From: Alteromonadaceae bacterium UBA2620 | GTDB lineage: Bacteria; Pseudomonadota; Gammaproteobacteria; Enterobacterales; Alteromonadaceae | Assembly: GCA_002339125.1 (NCBI GenBank) | Contig: DDJQ01000105.1 | Coordinates: 127 to 64,126 of the forward strand | Reading direction: 5' to 3' | Length of the DNA stretch: 64,000 nt | Shown: piece by piece, positions 17,013 to 25,022 of the stretch | How positions within the stretch are numbered: position 1 is the stretch's first letter | How the letters are laid out: each line of letters starts with the position of its first letter | Translations under genes and position numbers: made by a program | Notes under the pieces: model-generated | What the model saw: the letters and a program-made list of their open reading frames with translations, nothing else | Databases searched by the model: none | What the model was told of the DNA's origin: nothing

Positions 17013-18268
17013 TGCCGTGCCTGCGTCAGTTGCTGCTGCATTTTATGTTGCCAGGCTGACGTCAGGCCAATACTAAAGGCCGCCAGGGTTAACCCGGGGA
17101 TATACACCAGCGCCGGGTTAAGCAGAATATTAATGAATAAAGCAATAAACACCACGCAAATGGCCACCATCAGGGCATGATTGTGCCCGTAAACCCGGCG
17201 GTAGAGCCAGATGGTTCTGACCAGTCGCTGGATAATAAAAACACTAAAGAAGATGTACAAACTGGCGCCAATCAGCCCGTATTTAAACGCGGTGCCAATA
17301 AGCCCCAGATCTGAAGAGTAAAACTTGTACCAGAAGATATCCTGTTCAGTTTTACTGTAACCACTTTGCTGGCCAAACCCCAGAAACGGATGTTTGGCGA
17401 TAGAGTCCAGCGCAATAGAGTAAGATTTCAGCCGCACTCCATCCCCTTCAGACGAGGCATTATCAAGCTTGCCGGCTACGGTTGCCGTAACGGTAACCAC
17501 CAGCATTATCATTACCGGGAGTGATAAAAAGAACATGCCGAGTCTTTGCTTACGCAGAAAAAACAGTACATAGACCAGCCCGGCCAGTATTAGCGATGCC
17601 GCCATGGAACGGGCTTTTACTAAAAACCAGATGTAGCCCACCACTATCACTACCAGCAGCCATACCATGGTTTTTAACGCGCCACGACTGGAGAACAGTT
17701 TTATCAGGGCCATCACCGACAAGGTAAATAACGCGATAGAAGAAGGCTTTAACCGATAGCCTCGCCAGGGATCAAATGTCACCAGTCCGGCAATTGTCGG
17801 GTCGGTTGAGAAATAGGCCGAGACCAGGTCCATGCGCACAAAATGAAAGAGGTAATTAAACGCCAGAAACACCAGCGCAAAGGTAAAGATACGTTCAATG
17901 CTAAGCAGGTCGTAACCCATACGATAAAGAAAATAGATTGCTGGCGCGAAGAAAATAATCAGAAATTCCCGGGAGGCCATAATACTGGGTAATACCGGTA
18001 CATTGGCATTTTGCGAAAACAGCCAGGCCGGCAGGAAAAAGGTATAGGCAATAAACGCCAGCGTAGCAAAGAACCACCAGTTCCAGCGCAGATCTCGTGC
18101 TCTTACCTGTAGCGCGCTCAACAAGGCGCTGTAAACAAACAGCCCCAGTGACAGCAACAGTCCCAGCTCCTGAATGCGGTTGGCCAGAAAGTACCGGCCG
18201 CCCTGAAAGCCGGTGTAAAAAATAATAAAAAATGACAGGCCAATCAGGGCGCTGACTTTGAGTTTCAT
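16976..18268 (-). CDS. O-antigen ligase/polymerase-like membrane protein (Wzy/SypL-like)
   Basis: About 10-12 TM helices with one larger loop. Position in the EPS cluster supports the call. Confidence 0.7.
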   Translation of the reverse strand: MKLKVSALIGLSFFIIFYTGFQGGRYFLANRIQELGLLLSLGLFVYSALLSALQVRARDLRWNWWFFATLAFIAYTFFLPAWLFSQNANVPVLPSIMASREFLIIFFAPAIYFLYRMGYDLLSIERIFTFALVFLAFNYLFHFVRMDLVSAYFSTDPTIAGLVTFDPWRGYRLKPSSIALFTLSVMALIKLFSSRGALKTMVWLLVVIVVGYIWFLVKARSMAASLILAGLVYVLFFLRKQRLGMFFLSLPVMIMLVVTVTATVAGKLDNASSEGDGVRLKSYSIALDSIAKHPFLGFGQQSGYSKTEQDIFWYKFYSSDLGLIGTAFKYGLIGASLYIFFSVFIIQRLVRTIWLYRRVYGHNHALMVAICVVFIALFINILLNPALVYIPGLTLAAFSIGLTSAWQHKMQQQLTQARHYPPLNSLQGTA

Positions 18269-18278
18269 CAGCTCAGGC

Positions 18279-19334
18279 TCATGGGTAGTGCTGTTTACCC
18301 AGCATCACTTTGGTTAGCAGCAGTGCTTTTTTCAGATAGCCTTGCTTAATACGATTAACGACCTGCAAAAACGTTGAAAAATACACGACAGGCAAGGCCC
18401 AGGGCATAAACTTTTTGGCCAGCAAAAACTTGTTTCGCGCCAGGTAAAAATCCGATAGCAAAGACGAGGGGCGATTTAATGATTTGGACCCAATACTGCT
18501 CCCTTCTTTGTGATACACCTTGGCATCAGGTGCATAAGTCAGCATATACTGCGACTTACTGCGCAGCACCCAGTCAATTTCTTCGTAATAGAGAAAGTAT
18601 TTCTCCTCCATTAAGCCAATGGTTTGCAAGAAATCCCGGGGAATTAGCCATGAACAGCCGGTGATGTAATCGAGGCGCTGCTCGTAATGGCCATGGTCGA
18701 TGCCCTCATCCTGCTTAAGGAAACGCCCCAGGGTTTGCGAAGCAATGCCAGTCCAGCGGTTAAAGCTGGCACCCCCAAGGGCCTGAATAACCTCCGGATC
18801 ATCATAGAAGTGTACCCGGCTACCGCAGGTATTTTTAACCCCTCGGGCCGTCAGCGAAGACGAGTGAGCCACCATCTGGCTCAACGTATCCGGTTCCACC
18901 AGGGTATCGTTGTTAAGCAACCAGATATAATCACAGCCCTGTTGCAACGCAAAACGGATCCCGACATTATTCCCGCCAGCAAAGCCCAGATTGCCCTGCG
19001 TCTGAATCATCACCAGCCGGCTGACATCATTAGCATCACTCACGCCTTGCTCAATTTCCTCCCGCGAATAGCAGCGGTGGGCAAGCGGCTTGGTTACTGC
19101 TGGCATCACCAGATGTAGCAGCGGATGGTCGATTTCAGGAATCACCGGATTTTGCCCGCGGGCCCATTCCTTAATATGCATTTCAGACTGATCCTCGGAG
19201 GCATTGTCACACACAATAACCTGAAAATTATCGTAGTTAAGGCGGAACACTGACTCCAGACATTCTGTGGTATCACGCCAGCCATTCCAATTGAGGATCA
19301 CAATGCCGACTTTTGGTGTATCAGACTGTTTCAT
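18279..19334 (-). CDS. Family 2 glycosyltransferase
   Basis: VGIVILNWNG..T..CL.S.., QVIVCDNAS.D and NLGFAGGNN motifs. A strong GGAGG RBS precedes the ATG at 19334. Confidence 0.8.
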   Translation of the reverse strand: MKQSDTPKVGIVILNWNGWRDTTECLESVFRLNYDNFQVIVCDNASEDQSEMHIKEWARGQNPVIPEIDHPLLHLVMPAVTKPLAHRCYSREEIEQGVSDANDVSRLVMIQTQGNLGFAGGNNVGIRFALQQGCDYIWLLNNDTLVEPDTLSQMVAHSSSLTARGVKNTCGSRVHFYDDPEVIQALGGASFNRWTGIASQTLGRFLKQDEGIDHGHYEQRLDYITGCSWLIPRDFLQTIGLMEEKYFLYYEEIDWVLRSKSQYMLTYAPDAKVYHKEGSSIGSKSLNRPSSLLSDFYLARNKFLLAKKFMPWALPVVYFSTFLQVVNRIKQGYLKKALLLTKVMLGKQHYP

Positions 19335-20532
19335 GTTCCCTCCCGACGCACAGGTTGATTTCACTGACCATGTCTCCGAGCACCTTATTCCAGGTATAGT
19401 GCTGGGCTACAAGGCTACGGGAGCATTGCTCCATGCGTTCCCAGACCGCTCGATCGCGCAACACCACATCCATGTACGCCACCATCTTCATCGCACAGTC
19501 GGTGACTGCAAGATGTTCAAGATTGGTGTAATCGATGCCCTCTGCACCAACCGGCGTGGTAACCACCGGCAGACCCCGGCTCATGGCGTTAAGCACTTTC
19601 ACTTTAATCCCGGAGCCGAAGCGCAGTGGCGAAACAAACACTCTGGCCCGTTTAAAGTAATCCTCCAGATCCTCAACAAAACCAGTCAGTTCTACGCCAT
19701 CCAGGTTGTCCACCAGCGCCACCAGGCGATCATCGGGATTGGCACCGACAATATAAAAATGCAGATCCGGATGGATGCTCTTTATTACGGGCCAGGCTTC
19801 CTGCAGAAACCAGATAAGACCGTCGACGTTGGCTTCCCAGTTGAGCGTTCCCACATAAAGCAGCGCTTTATCAGAGGTTTCGAATTGCAATGCAGGTAAG
19901 CTTAGCTGTGAGTCATCGCCTAAGTGGTAAGTAACCCGGCATTTGTCTTTCACAGCGCCGATCTTTACCAGACTATCGATATCATTCGGCGCGGCAAACA
20001 CCAGGCTGGCCTGACTCGTGGTTTGCTGCTCGTAGTGCCTGACACGTCTGGCTTCAATCGCCGAGGCTACGCGATGCAACAGGTTAGAGCAGGATTTGGC
20101 AAAGCGCTCCCACATCAGATAAGTGGCATTATGGGTATGAAAGATCACCCGGCCCTGGTAGTTGGCCGGCACATACTGATACGCCTCGTAATGGTCGAGC
20201 AGAATAATGTCGTAGTGATGAGCAATGCGGGCTATCTTTTCCGCGAGCTTTTCAGAGCGCGAGCGATACACATTAATCGGGATCCCTTGCATATAGCTTT
20301 TCAGCAGAACCCCCAGCGAACGCGGGCGCTGCACCTCATCGGTCAAAAATGTACCTAATGGTACCTGCTGCTGAAACTCACTGACTTTGTCGGTGCCGTA
20401 CTTAAGCGGGCAGGCCAGACCCACATCAAAATGGCGACACAGAAACTTCAGCATGTTCCAGCTTTTCATTCTGCCGCCACTGGTGGGTGGGTAAGGTAAT
20501 TCAATGGAAATCATCAGTAGCGAGCTTTTCAT
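19321..20532 (-). CDS. GT-B glycosyltransferase (family 4/1)
   Basis: N-terminal PYPPTSGG and the C-terminal FVSPLRFGSGIKVKVLNAMSRGLPVVTT (E-x7-E region type). Confidence 0.85.
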   Translation of the reverse strand: MKSSLLMISIELPYPPTSGGRMKSWNMLKFLCRHFDVGLACPLKYGTDKVSEFQQQVPLGTFLTDEVQRPRSLGVLLKSYMQGIPINVYRSRSEKLAEKIARIAHHYDIILLDHYEAYQYVPANYQGRVIFHTHNATYLMWERFAKSCSNLLHRVASAIEARRVRHYEQQTTSQASLVFAAPNDIDSLVKIGAVKDKCRVTYHLGDDSQLSLPALQFETSDKALLYVGTLNWEANVDGLIWFLQEAWPVIKSIHPDLHFYIVGANPDDRLVALVDNLDGVELTGFVEDLEDYFKRARVFVSPLRFGSGIKVKVLNAMSRGLPVVTTPVGAEGIDYTNLEHLAVTDCAMKMVAYMDVVLRDRAVWERMEQCSRSLVAQHYTWNKVLGDMVSEINLCVGREHETV

Positions 20533-21416
20533 GCGACCTCCGATGACCGTTGAGCAATTTTAGCTATCCAGCGCTGATACTGCTCCGGACTGAAACCCAG
20601 GTTAGACTGCACGTGCACAGCCACATGCTCGTTGCCCAGATGATTGAGATAGTCCTGAACATCACCAGGAGACTGGATGTCATAAAACCACGAGCTATGA
20701 GTGAGCTGCTGAAAATCCTGCCAGTGGCCTCTGCCTTGCTGTACATGCTCGACAAAAGCGCCGTACAAAATAAATTCGGAGAGATCGAGCTCGCGGGCCA
20801 ACACCCGGTGCCAGGGGCGCCAGAAAGTGCAGGTGAGATGCTCCAGCAACGCCAGGCAGGTATCCCGCCGAAATGCATTCAACTGTGCAATATAGCCGTG
20901 TTTGATTGTTTGCTGACTATCGATACCAAACAGTCTGGCGGCCAGAGAATACCAGTTGAGATAGCGCCGATCATTTCGTAACACCGGGCCACGCGGCTTA
21001 ACCGATGTCCGCAGGTTATCCCCCCGCCATAACTGATTAAGACTAAACGGCCGAATAAACTCAACGTCGGAGTCGGCAAACACAATGGCATCGCACTGTA
21101 CTTTTTCAGCAATCGCAAATTTGCACAATTGTTGAAAAATCCAACCGCGCACCGGCAGCACTTTTTCCCCCCACCACCACTTGCGTAGCAGCGGCAGGTT
21201 AAAGTTGCGGTAAGGAAGAAGAGACTCCTTGGTTACCAACACGACTTTCTCGCTGGCCAGGTGTTCAAACAACGACCATTCTTTTTCGTCGATGATCAGA
21301 TAGTGTTTTTCATATCCGGATAAAAAAGCCTGTGCTGTGGCCACCAGCCTCTCACAACGCTGTAAGTCGTCTTTAAAGGTCGGTGTGACCAGAATATTGC
21401 GTTTTGGCATATTCAC
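20529..21416 (-). CDS. Hypothetical protein, possibly a GT-A-like transferase (DSD motif)
   Basis: First gene of the minus-strand glycosyltransferase operon. It contains IVFADSDVEF (DxD-like). There is no confident family match by eye. Confidence 0.45.
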   Translation of the reverse strand: MNMPKRNILVTPTFKDDLQRCERLVATAQAFLSGYEKHYLIIDEKEWSLFEHLASEKVVLVTKESLLPYRNFNLPLLRKWWWGEKVLPVRGWIFQQLCKFAIAEKVQCDAIVFADSDVEFIRPFSLNQLWRGDNLRTSVKPRGPVLRNDRRYLNWYSLAARLFGIDSQQTIKHGYIAQLNAFRRDTCLALLEHLTCTFWRPWHRVLARELDLSEFILYGAFVEHVQQGRGHWQDFQQLTHSSWFYDIQSPGDVQDYLNHLGNEHVAVHVQSNLGFSPEQYQRWIAKIAQRSSEVA

Positions 21417-21461
21417 ATTGATACCTCAAATGCATAATAACTTGCTGTAACAAGCGAGATA

Positions 21462-21476
21462 GCAACCAACATGCCA
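21462..21476 (-). promoter_or_regulatory. Sigma-54 promoter (minus strand) TGGCAT-GTTGG-TTGC(T)
   Basis: The reverse complement of GCAACCAACATGCCA has exact spacing. It lies 46 bp upstream of the ATG at 21416. Confidence 0.65.
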
Positions 21477-21494
21477 TAGAATTAAATTCATACT

Positions 21495-21507
21495 TATCAA
21501 ACACTTA
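21495..21507 (+). promoter_or_regulatory. IHF-like site TATCAAACACTTA (fits WATCAANNNNTTR)
   Basis: It lies between the sigma-54 promoter and the palindrome at 21569, flanked by the 10-bp direct repeat AATTAAATTC (21480-21489 and 21511-21520). Confidence 0.35.
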
Positions 21508-21568
21508 AATAATTAAATTCGATTTCAAGATGAGCTTTACGGCTGAAAAAAAGCAAAATGAGAATGCC

Positions 21569-21583
21569 TTAGCAAAATGCAAA
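21569..21583. promoter_or_regulatory. Candidate enhancer site TTAGCA-AAA-TGCAAA
   Basis: One mismatch to the TTGCA-W3-TGCAA palindrome. It is about 100 bp upstream of the minus-strand sigma-54 promoter. Confidence 0.4.
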
Positions 21584-21698
21584 TGCCCTGACCACCTCCG
21601 CACTGGCGCAGTTATTGAATACCACACCAGCATGACTCGCACCGGCATAACCGGTGTTGCTGATCAGCGTTTATCGTTCACCATCGCGGAGACAAGTT

Positions 21699-22274
21699 AT
21701 GACTGAGAGTTTTGCACGCATACTCTGGCTTACCGGCTATGTGCTGTTAATCGGCCCGCCTCGCATTTTTGCTATCAGAGCCAAAGCCCACCGGGCAGGC
21801 AGTGAGTTGTCTAACTTACCCTTTGCCGTTCTTACAGGGATTGAAGTGATGGTGAGAGGCGGCCTGCTGCTATTATTAATGGTGGCTGTAGAAGGGTTGC
21901 TGGGTAAGGCACTCTATGAATATTTGCTGCTAGATTACTTTTTTCTCGCCCTGGTTTTCACCGGTGGCATGCACTTACTCATCTATCTCTATTGCTTTTC
22001 ATCCCGTGGGAACAGGCCGCCCCCTATGCGCACTTATCGAATAGGCAGAAACGCTTGTTATGCCGTGGCACCGGCGCTGGCGGCGAGCTTTATTGGCTTA
22101 CTCTGGCAGCACTACCATCAGCAGCCCCTACTCGGCGGTAATCTAATCCCTACGCTCTTTGCGTTATGCTGGACAGCCGGATTGATTGCCGGTTGCATCG
22201 AAGCATTGATAATAAGGCGTAAGCCCAAAGGCCTCGATGCCGTTCTGTCAGCCAGGATCTCACCAGAGCAATAA
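21699..22274 (+). CDS. Hypothetical multi-pass membrane protein
   Basis: Four or five hydrophobic helices. The ATG at 21699 is preferred over the GTG at 21654. No known motif. Confidence 0.45.
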   Translation: MTESFARILWLTGYVLLIGPPRIFAIRAKAHRAGSELSNLPFAVLTGIEVMVRGGLLLLLMVAVEGLLGKALYEYLLLDYFFLALVFTGGMHLLIYLYCFSSRGNRPPPMRTYRIGRNACYAVAPALAASFIGLLWQHYHQQPLLGGNLIPTLFALCWTAGLIAGCIEALIIRRKPKGLDAVLSARISPEQ

Positions 22275-22287
22275 TTGCAATTCGCAT

Positions 22288-22302
22288 TTTGCAAAATGCA
22301 AA
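22288..22302. promoter_or_regulatory. Candidate enhancer site TTTGCA-AAA-TGCAAA (inside the 16-bp perfect palindrome GCATTTTGCAAAATGC)
   Basis: About 95 bp upstream of the sigma-54-like promoter at 22388. A degenerate second copy (TTGCA-ATT-CGCA) sits at 22275-22286. Confidence 0.5.
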
Positions 22303-22387
22303 ACAACAGCAAAGTGCATCGCCGTACCGCAGTACTTACCGCAAAACAATAGCACTACAAATATGATTTATAAGGCTTTTATGACAT

Positions 22388-22402
22388 TGGTTTAATATTT
22401 GC
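22388..22402 (+). promoter_or_regulatory. Sigma-54-like promoter TGGTTT-AATAT-TTGC(T)
   Basis: Correct GG/GC spacing and the same TTGCT -12 element as the other three. The -24 element is weaker. Confidence 0.5.
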
Positions 22403-22438
22403 TCTTATGTGGTTAATCCCTTTTTATCGAGAATAACC

Positions 22439-23203
22439 ATGTCACAGCAATGCCACACTAAAGAAAGCCATGAGCATCATCAGCGGCTTGCTGAAAAAAA
22501 GTTCATTGAGCAATACAAAGCTCACCACAGCTTTTTGCGTCGCACTGTTAAACACCTGCGTATTCATTACAAGCGTGCCATCTGGCGTATTGTTATTCAG
22601 TCATCCCGGCTGGTTAAACGCTGCCTGGATATCAGTTTGAGCCTGATAGCTATTTTGCTGCTACTGCCGGTATATATAATAACCGCGCTGGCGATTCAGT
22701 TGGATGCACCCGGCCCGGTTATCTTTAAACAGCAACGGGCTGGCCGCTTTGGCAAGGCTTTCACCATGTACAAATTCCGCTCGATGGTGGTCACGGCAGA
22801 GCACGACAAGCAAGCTTTGCTGGCCAGTAATGAGTCGGCTGCCGGGGTGATTTTTAAAATGAAACAGGACCCCAGAATCACCCGGGTAGGGCGCTTTATC
22901 AGAAAGTACTCCATCGATGAACTGCCTCAACTATTTAATGTTTTGCTCGGTGACATGTCGCTGGTCGGCCCACGGCCGCCCACGCTCAATGAAGTTGCTC
23001 AATACAGCCTGTCTGATCGTAAACGCCTGTATGTAGCCCCCGGTATCACCTGTATCTGGCAGGTGAGCGGGCGCTCTGAGATCGACTTTGCCGGGCAGGT
23101 AAAACTGGATGTGGCTTATATTCAAAGCCAGAGCTTATGGACAGATATCAGCATTTTACTAAAAACCATCCCGGCCGTACTGCTGGGTAAAGGAGCCTAC
23201 TGA
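22439..23203 (+). CDS. Polyprenyl-phosphate sugar phosphotransferase (bacterial sugar transferase, priming enzyme, SypR/WbaP C-terminal type)
   Basis: KR.LD + TM helix, GPVIFKQQR.G, KFRSM, DELPQLFNVLLGDMSLVGPRPP and PGITCIWQVSGRS. The ATG at 22439 is chosen because the promoter at 22388 would place the transcription start after the GTG at 22409. Confidence 0.85.
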   Translation: MSQQCHTKESHEHHQRLAEKKFIEQYKAHHSFLRRTVKHLRIHYKRAIWRIVIQSSRLVKRCLDISLSLIAILLLLPVYIITALAIQLDAPGPVIFKQQRAGRFGKAFTMYKFRSMVVTAEHDKQALLASNESAAGVIFKMKQDPRITRVGRFIRKYSIDELPQLFNVLLGDMSLVGPRPPTLNEVAQYSLSDRKRLYVAPGITCIWQVSGRSEIDFAGQVKLDVAYIQSQSLWTDISILLKTIPAVLLGKGAY

Positions 23204-24657
23204 TGTCAGCTAATTTTGTGCCTGTTTCCCACGCGGTACTCATTGAACCGCCCCTCGCTGCGCAGTTGCAGCCCTTGTTGGTAAGGCGTTCACTGGCAAT
23301 GCTTCCGGTTGCTGGTAAACCGATTATCCAGCTTTGGCTGGAGCATATAAACCTGATGGGCTTTACCTCGGTAAGCATTGGTGTACGCGACTTTCCACAG
23401 GCACTACGCAACCTGGTAGGCGACGGCTCACGCTGGGGGCTATCAATACAGGTTCATGCTCTCACCGATGCCATGACCTCAGAGGACGCCGTGCGGCACA
23501 TCGGGATGAATGGCCCGCAACTGGTAGCCAGCTTAAATGCTATTCCAACTCAGAATCTGTCATTTTTGCTGAGCCGGCTGACTCACCAAGACCCGGCAGA
23601 GCATGCGTCACTGAATAACGAGACCGCTGAACAACCACTGGTGTACCTGAGCAAAGATACTTCGGGTGAGTCGACTGTCGCAACCAGTAACAGTGCAGCA
23701 AGATTGCCATTGGCCAATCACCTGTTTCTTACCATAGACAGTGTGAAATCACTCTGGACAGTGAATGAGGCCCTGCTCAAACGCGAGATTTTTGATCCTC
23801 TGCATGCAGGGTTTGAGGTAGACCCGGGGATCTTTATGGAAACCGGTGTTCAGGTTAAGCCGGGGGTGAATATTCAGGGGCCGGTCAAGGTTGGTCAAAA
23901 CAGTTACATCGGCAAAAACGTTAAAATCAGAAAAAATGTCGTCATCGGCGCCGGTGTAATCATTGAAAGCGGCTGTGAACTGGAAAACACGGTTCTGCTG
24001 GATAATACCCATGTGGGTGCTGAGTCCAACCTGAGTAACGTGATCATCGATGGCGCATCGGTGTATTCACTGCAAGGCGATACCTTTACCTGGATTAACG
24101 ATCCCTCCATCCTCGGCTGGACCAATGCCGCAGAGGCAAGGGTATCACCACTGGAACGCCTGACAGCAGTATGCCTGCTAGTGGCTTTTATGCCGGCTCT
24201 GTTGGCTTTCGCCCTGCTGCAATGGGCTCGCCGCCGGCCGGTTTATCACAGCCACGATGGCTACGTGCCTGATGGCGTAAGCATCACCGGCCAGCAAAAA
24301 CACCAAAACCTTAAACTTAAAACCTTAACCAGTCTTAACGACCGGTTTAACAAACTGCCATGGCTGACTGAAGTCATTAAAGGCAATCTGCATCTGGTCG
24401 GAATCGGCCTGCCGTCGTCTTCGAACAGTACTTTTCCTGAGTGGGCCTACGAGTTACAAAACCGCCGCCCGGGGGTAATTAATCTGCACGACAGCCACCG
24501 CACCGCGTTAGCCGCAGAAACCAATTATGTTGAAGACCTTTATTATCTGAATCATCGCAATCGCCCGCGCAATCTGCTCATTCTGGTGCGTTGGGTATTT
24601 CAGCTTTGCACCGCAAGATTCAGTATTTCTAACCGCAAACATGAGGCAAGACTATGA
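23203..24657 (+). CDS. Three-domain protein: nucleotidyltransferase-like N-terminus (degenerate), left-handed beta-helix hexapeptide repeats, degenerate sugar-transferase-like C-terminus
   Basis: The N-terminus has MLPVAGKPIIQ but lacks the GxGTRL loop. The middle has hexapeptide repeats (VGQNSYIGKNVKIRKNVVIGAGVIIESGCELENTVL). The C-terminus has a TM helix, then LKLKTL, NKLPWLTEVIKGNLHLVGIGLP and PGVINLHDS in place of the KFRTM, DELPQL..G.MSLVGPRP and PGITG motifs. An ATGA overlap links it to the upstream transferase. Confidence 0.7.
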   Translation: MSANFVPVSHAVLIEPPLAAQLQPLLVRRSLAMLPVAGKPIIQLWLEHINLMGFTSVSIGVRDFPQALRNLVGDGSRWGLSIQVHALTDAMTSEDAVRHIGMNGPQLVASLNAIPTQNLSFLLSRLTHQDPAEHASLNNETAEQPLVYLSKDTSGESTVATSNSAARLPLANHLFLTIDSVKSLWTVNEALLKREIFDPLHAGFEVDPGIFMETGVQVKPGVNIQGPVKVGQNSYIGKNVKIRKNVVIGAGVIIESGCELENTVLLDNTHVGAESNLSNVIIDGASVYSLQGDTFTWINDPSILGWTNAAEARVSPLERLTAVCLLVAFMPALLAFALLQWARRRPVYHSHDGYVPDGVSITGQQKHQNLKLKTLTSLNDRFNKLPWLTEVIKGNLHLVGIGLPSSSNSTFPEWAYELQNRRPGVINLHDSHRTALAAETNYVEDLYYLNHRNRPRNLLILVRWVFQLCTARFSISNRKHEARL

Positions 24658-24989
24658 ATATTTCAGAAGTCGTCATTGAAGATACCGTGGTATTACGCTT
24701 AACCGGCAAGCTCGACGGCAGCGCCGTGGAACAATTATCGAATCAGGTGAAAGACGCCATCTGGTCGCGTCACAGCGCCGTTTTGATCAATATGCAGGGG
24801 GTTGAGTTTGTAGACTCCACCGGGCTTGGCCTGCTGGTGTTCTTATTCCGTCAGGCTAAGGAACAAAATACCGACTTCGCAATTTGTGCGCTATCGGCAC
24901 AGGCCCAGATGGTGTTTGAGATTACCCGTATGACCAAAATTTTTGTTGTCCACCCCAGTGAATCCGCTGCGTTGGCAGTATCGGCTTAA
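24654..24989 (+). CDS. STAS-domain anti-sigma-factor-antagonist-like protein (SypA/SpoIIAA-like)
   Basis: 111 aa. The motif VEFVDSTGLGLLV places the conserved phosphorylatable Ser at residue 55. ATGA overlap with the upstream gene. Confidence 0.85.
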   Translation: MNISEVVIEDTVVLRLTGKLDGSAVEQLSNQVKDAIWSRHSAVLINMQGVEFVDSTGLGLLVFLFRQAKEQNTDFAICALSAQAQMVFEITRMTKIFVVHPSESAALAVSA

Positions 24990-25022
24990 TTATTTTTCAG
25001 CACATGCACAGGCAGGTGACTT

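Noticed and set aside
19267-19899. Plus-strand 210-aa ORF, and similar ORFs (18687-19118, 19924-20358, 20550-20981), across the glycosyltransferase operon
   Set aside because: They are antisense shadows of well-supported GT2/GT4 genes. They have no motifs and low-complexity H/R-rich sequence.
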